A stretch of 63,525 bases of DNA, counting the filler, from a bacterium (lineage in GTDB: Bacteria > JALSQH01), in NCBI GenBank assembly GCA_026985515.1. It is 3 parts of 3 records of this genome, joined end to end, with 100 filler letters (N's around TTAATTAATTAA, not from the genome) between each part and the next. Parts side by side here need not be neighbours in the genome. Positions count along the whole stretch, not along the records: positions 60,287 to 63,525 come from JALSQH010000200.1; 2 more parts are not named here. One strand, 5' to 3'. This document shows positions 61,919 through 63,525 of the stretch, in pieces. The translations under genes were made by a program, and so were the position numbers. Position 1 is the stretch's first letter. Each line of letters opens with the position of its first letter. The notes below the pieces were generated by a model, which saw only the letters and a program-made list of their open reading frames with translations, did no database searches and was not told the origin of the DNA.

Positions 61919-62977
61919 ATGGGAATTGATCTTCTGGAACTCTATAGAAAGGTTGTGGGCAAAGAAGTGGAAGAAGAAAATTTATCTGAGGAGGATCTGA
62001 ATTTTTTCAGTAATAAAGTAATCCTTGTTACCGGGGCTGGTGGAACTATTGGATCTGGTATAGTAAAAACTCTTTTTGAGGCACCTGTGAAAAAAATAGT
62101 CGCCCTTGACATTGATGATACCCGCCTCAACGATCTTGTTGTTGAGGCAGAGCTTTACGGGTTTAGAAATTTTTCTCCGGTGCTTGGAGATATAAGGGAT
62201 GAGAGTCTGGTTAGTGATCTATTCAAAACAGAAACTCCGGATGTGGTTTTTCATTCAGCCGCTTACAAGCACCTCCATTTGCTGGAAAAGTTTCCCATTG
62301 AAGGTGTGAAAACCAATATTCTGGGTACATACAATGTGATGAGAGCCTCTCTCGAAACCGGGACTTTAAAGTTTATCAATATTTCCACTGATAAGGCAGT
62401 TGAACCGGTGAGCGTGTTAGGACGAACCAAAAAAATAACCGAGATCCTGGCATGCAGTTTCAACAGGATGGGGAAGACTTCCTTTACTTCTGTGAGATTT
62501 GGCAATATTTTTGGAAGCAGGGGGAGTGTGGTGGAGATTTTTCTTTCCAGAGTGGAGAGAGGTGGTCCACTACCTGTTACGGATCCCCGGATGAAGAGGT
62601 TTTTCATCACACTTGAGGACGCAGTCCAGGAGCTTTTACATATAGCTGCCATGGTAAAAGGGGGAGAAATAGTGGTTATTGATATGGGAAAGCCGGTGAA
62701 GATAATTGATCTTGCAGAGAAAATCATAAGAGCCTCTGGTTTTGAACCATACAGGGATATTGATATTGTTTTCACGGGTTCCAGAACAGGAGAAAAGTTA
62801 GAAGAGAAACTTGTGGGAAAAAGTGAAGAGATAGCGTGGGAGAGTGGGAAAATAAAGGGCATAGATTGTCTAAGGAGTGGCTATTCTATGGATCCCGGCC
62901 AGTTCATCGAAGAAGTAAAGGATGTATTAAAAGGGGGTGATGTGAGTAAGATAAAGGAATTTCTAAAAAAGTTCTGA
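61919..62977 (+). CDS. Nucleotide-sugar 4,6-dehydratase, CapD/PglF family (soluble short form)
   Basis: TGAGGTIGS, HSAAYKH, ISTDKAV, VRFGNIFGSRGSV and GEKLEE motifs; no N-terminal TM domain. Confidence 0.9.
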   Translation: MGIDLLELYRKVVGKEVEEENLSEEDLNFFSNKVILVTGAGGTIGSGIVKTLFEAPVKKIVALDIDDTRLNDLVVEAELYGFRNFSPVLGDIRDESLVSDLFKTETPDVVFHSAAYKHLHLLEKFPIEGVKTNILGTYNVMRASLETGTLKFINISTDKAVEPVSVLGRTKKITEILACSFNRMGKTSFTSVRFGNIFGSRGSVVEIFLSRVERGGPLPVTDPRMKRFFITLEDAVQELLHIAAMVKGGEIVVIDMGKPVKIIDLAEKIIRASGFEPYRDIDIVFTGSRTGEKLEEKLVGKSEEIAWESGKIKGIDCLRSGYSMDPGQFIEEVKDVLKGGDVSKIKEFLKKF

Positions 62978-63089
62978 GTGCTCACGCCTATCTTGAATAG
63001 AGAAAGGTAATTATATTATCATTCACTTGATTTTTTTCTCCAAACCAATACTATAAAAATCTTCAAACCCACCAAAAGCGAGGAGTAAG

Positions 63090-63525
63090 ATGAATAAAAA
63101 GAATCTGGTTCTTGCAGGAGGTATTTTACTTCTTCTTTTACCTGCCTTCCTCTTTGCAGGCGAGGGAGCTGAGAGTGTTCCCCTTGGAGCAAAATTATCT
63201 TTGTGGTGGGCACTTCCCTTTGCAGGGATTCTGCTCAGCATAGCAATTTTCCCTCTTGTTCTCCCCGATTTCTGGCATCATCACTTTGGAAAAGTCTCAT
63301 TTGCCTGGGCAGCAATTCTTTTTATTCCTTTCATATACATGTTTGGTCATGAAGCCTGGAAGGAGTTTTTAGAGGTCATTGTTGGTGATTATATACCTTT
63401 TATCATACTTCTCTGGTCGCTCTATGTTGTCGGTGGTGGAATAGTTGTCAGGGGTTCTCTGGTTGGAAAGCCTGTTGTTAATACCATCTTGCTTTTTATT
63501 GGTGCCTTTTTTGCTTCCTGGCTGG
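63090..63525 (+). CDS. Putative sodium:proton antiporter / citrate-transporter-like membrane protein (3'-partial)
   Basis: AGGAG SD precedes ATG at 63090. My translation includes LPFAGILLSIAIFPL..FWHHHFGK, YIPFIILLWSLYVVGGGI and NTILLFIG. The ORF runs off the window end. Confidence 0.85.
   Translation, partial: MNKKNLVLAGGILLLLLPAFLFAGEGAESVPLGAKLSLWWALPFAGILLSIAIFPLVLPDFWHHHFGKVSFAWAAILFIPFIYMFGHEAWKEFLEVIVGDYIPFIILLWSLYVVGGGIVVRGSLVGKPVVNTILLFIGAFFASWL

Noticed and set aside
63023-63241. Minus-strand short ORFs at the window end
   Set aside because: They overlap a better-supported plus-strand transporter starting at 63090.

Overview
This is a bacterial housekeeping and cell-envelope window from a draft genome or MAG. 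It is three contigs joined by artificial N-TTAATTAATTAA-N linkers (30203-30302, 60187-60286), so adjacency across the linkers means nothing. Contig 1 carries the 3' part of mutS, then a tightly coupled block of a CPBP intramembrane protease, GT-C, GT4, WecG and a WcaJ-like transferase. It continues with metK-ahcY-PilZ, a complete dcw cluster (mraZ to ftsZ), a radical SAM gene and a partial LtaS-family gene. Contig 2 carries an MMPL/RND, LolA-like and beta-barrel trio converging on a serine-palmitoyltransferase-like gene, then rlmN. It continues with an mtnP-pfkB-hypothetical-tgl/pilF-rodZ-two degenerate MCPs-recO run, a large barrel/repeat/OmpA protein, agcS, and a minus-strand hldA-hldC-methyltransferase-cNMP-GAF-galU-priA run. 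Contig 3 carries a DegT aminotransferase, a short PglF/CapD dehydratase and a partial antiporter. Gene content looks deltaproteobacterial or myxobacteria-like, but the DNA is AT-rich and the proteins K/E-rich (inference, not computed). I saw no rRNA, tRNA, CRISPR array or mobile element. The best leads are: a possible sphingolipid synthesis and trafficking locus with a 41-bp palindrome between strong divergent promoters; a pair of MCP-like proteins with eroded signalling tips; a sortase-like protease coupled to a glycosylation cassette; tandem NrdR-like boxes upstream of the dcw operon; and a poly-C tract inside a perfect-consensus metK promoter. Family assignments come from motif recognition only; no searches were run.
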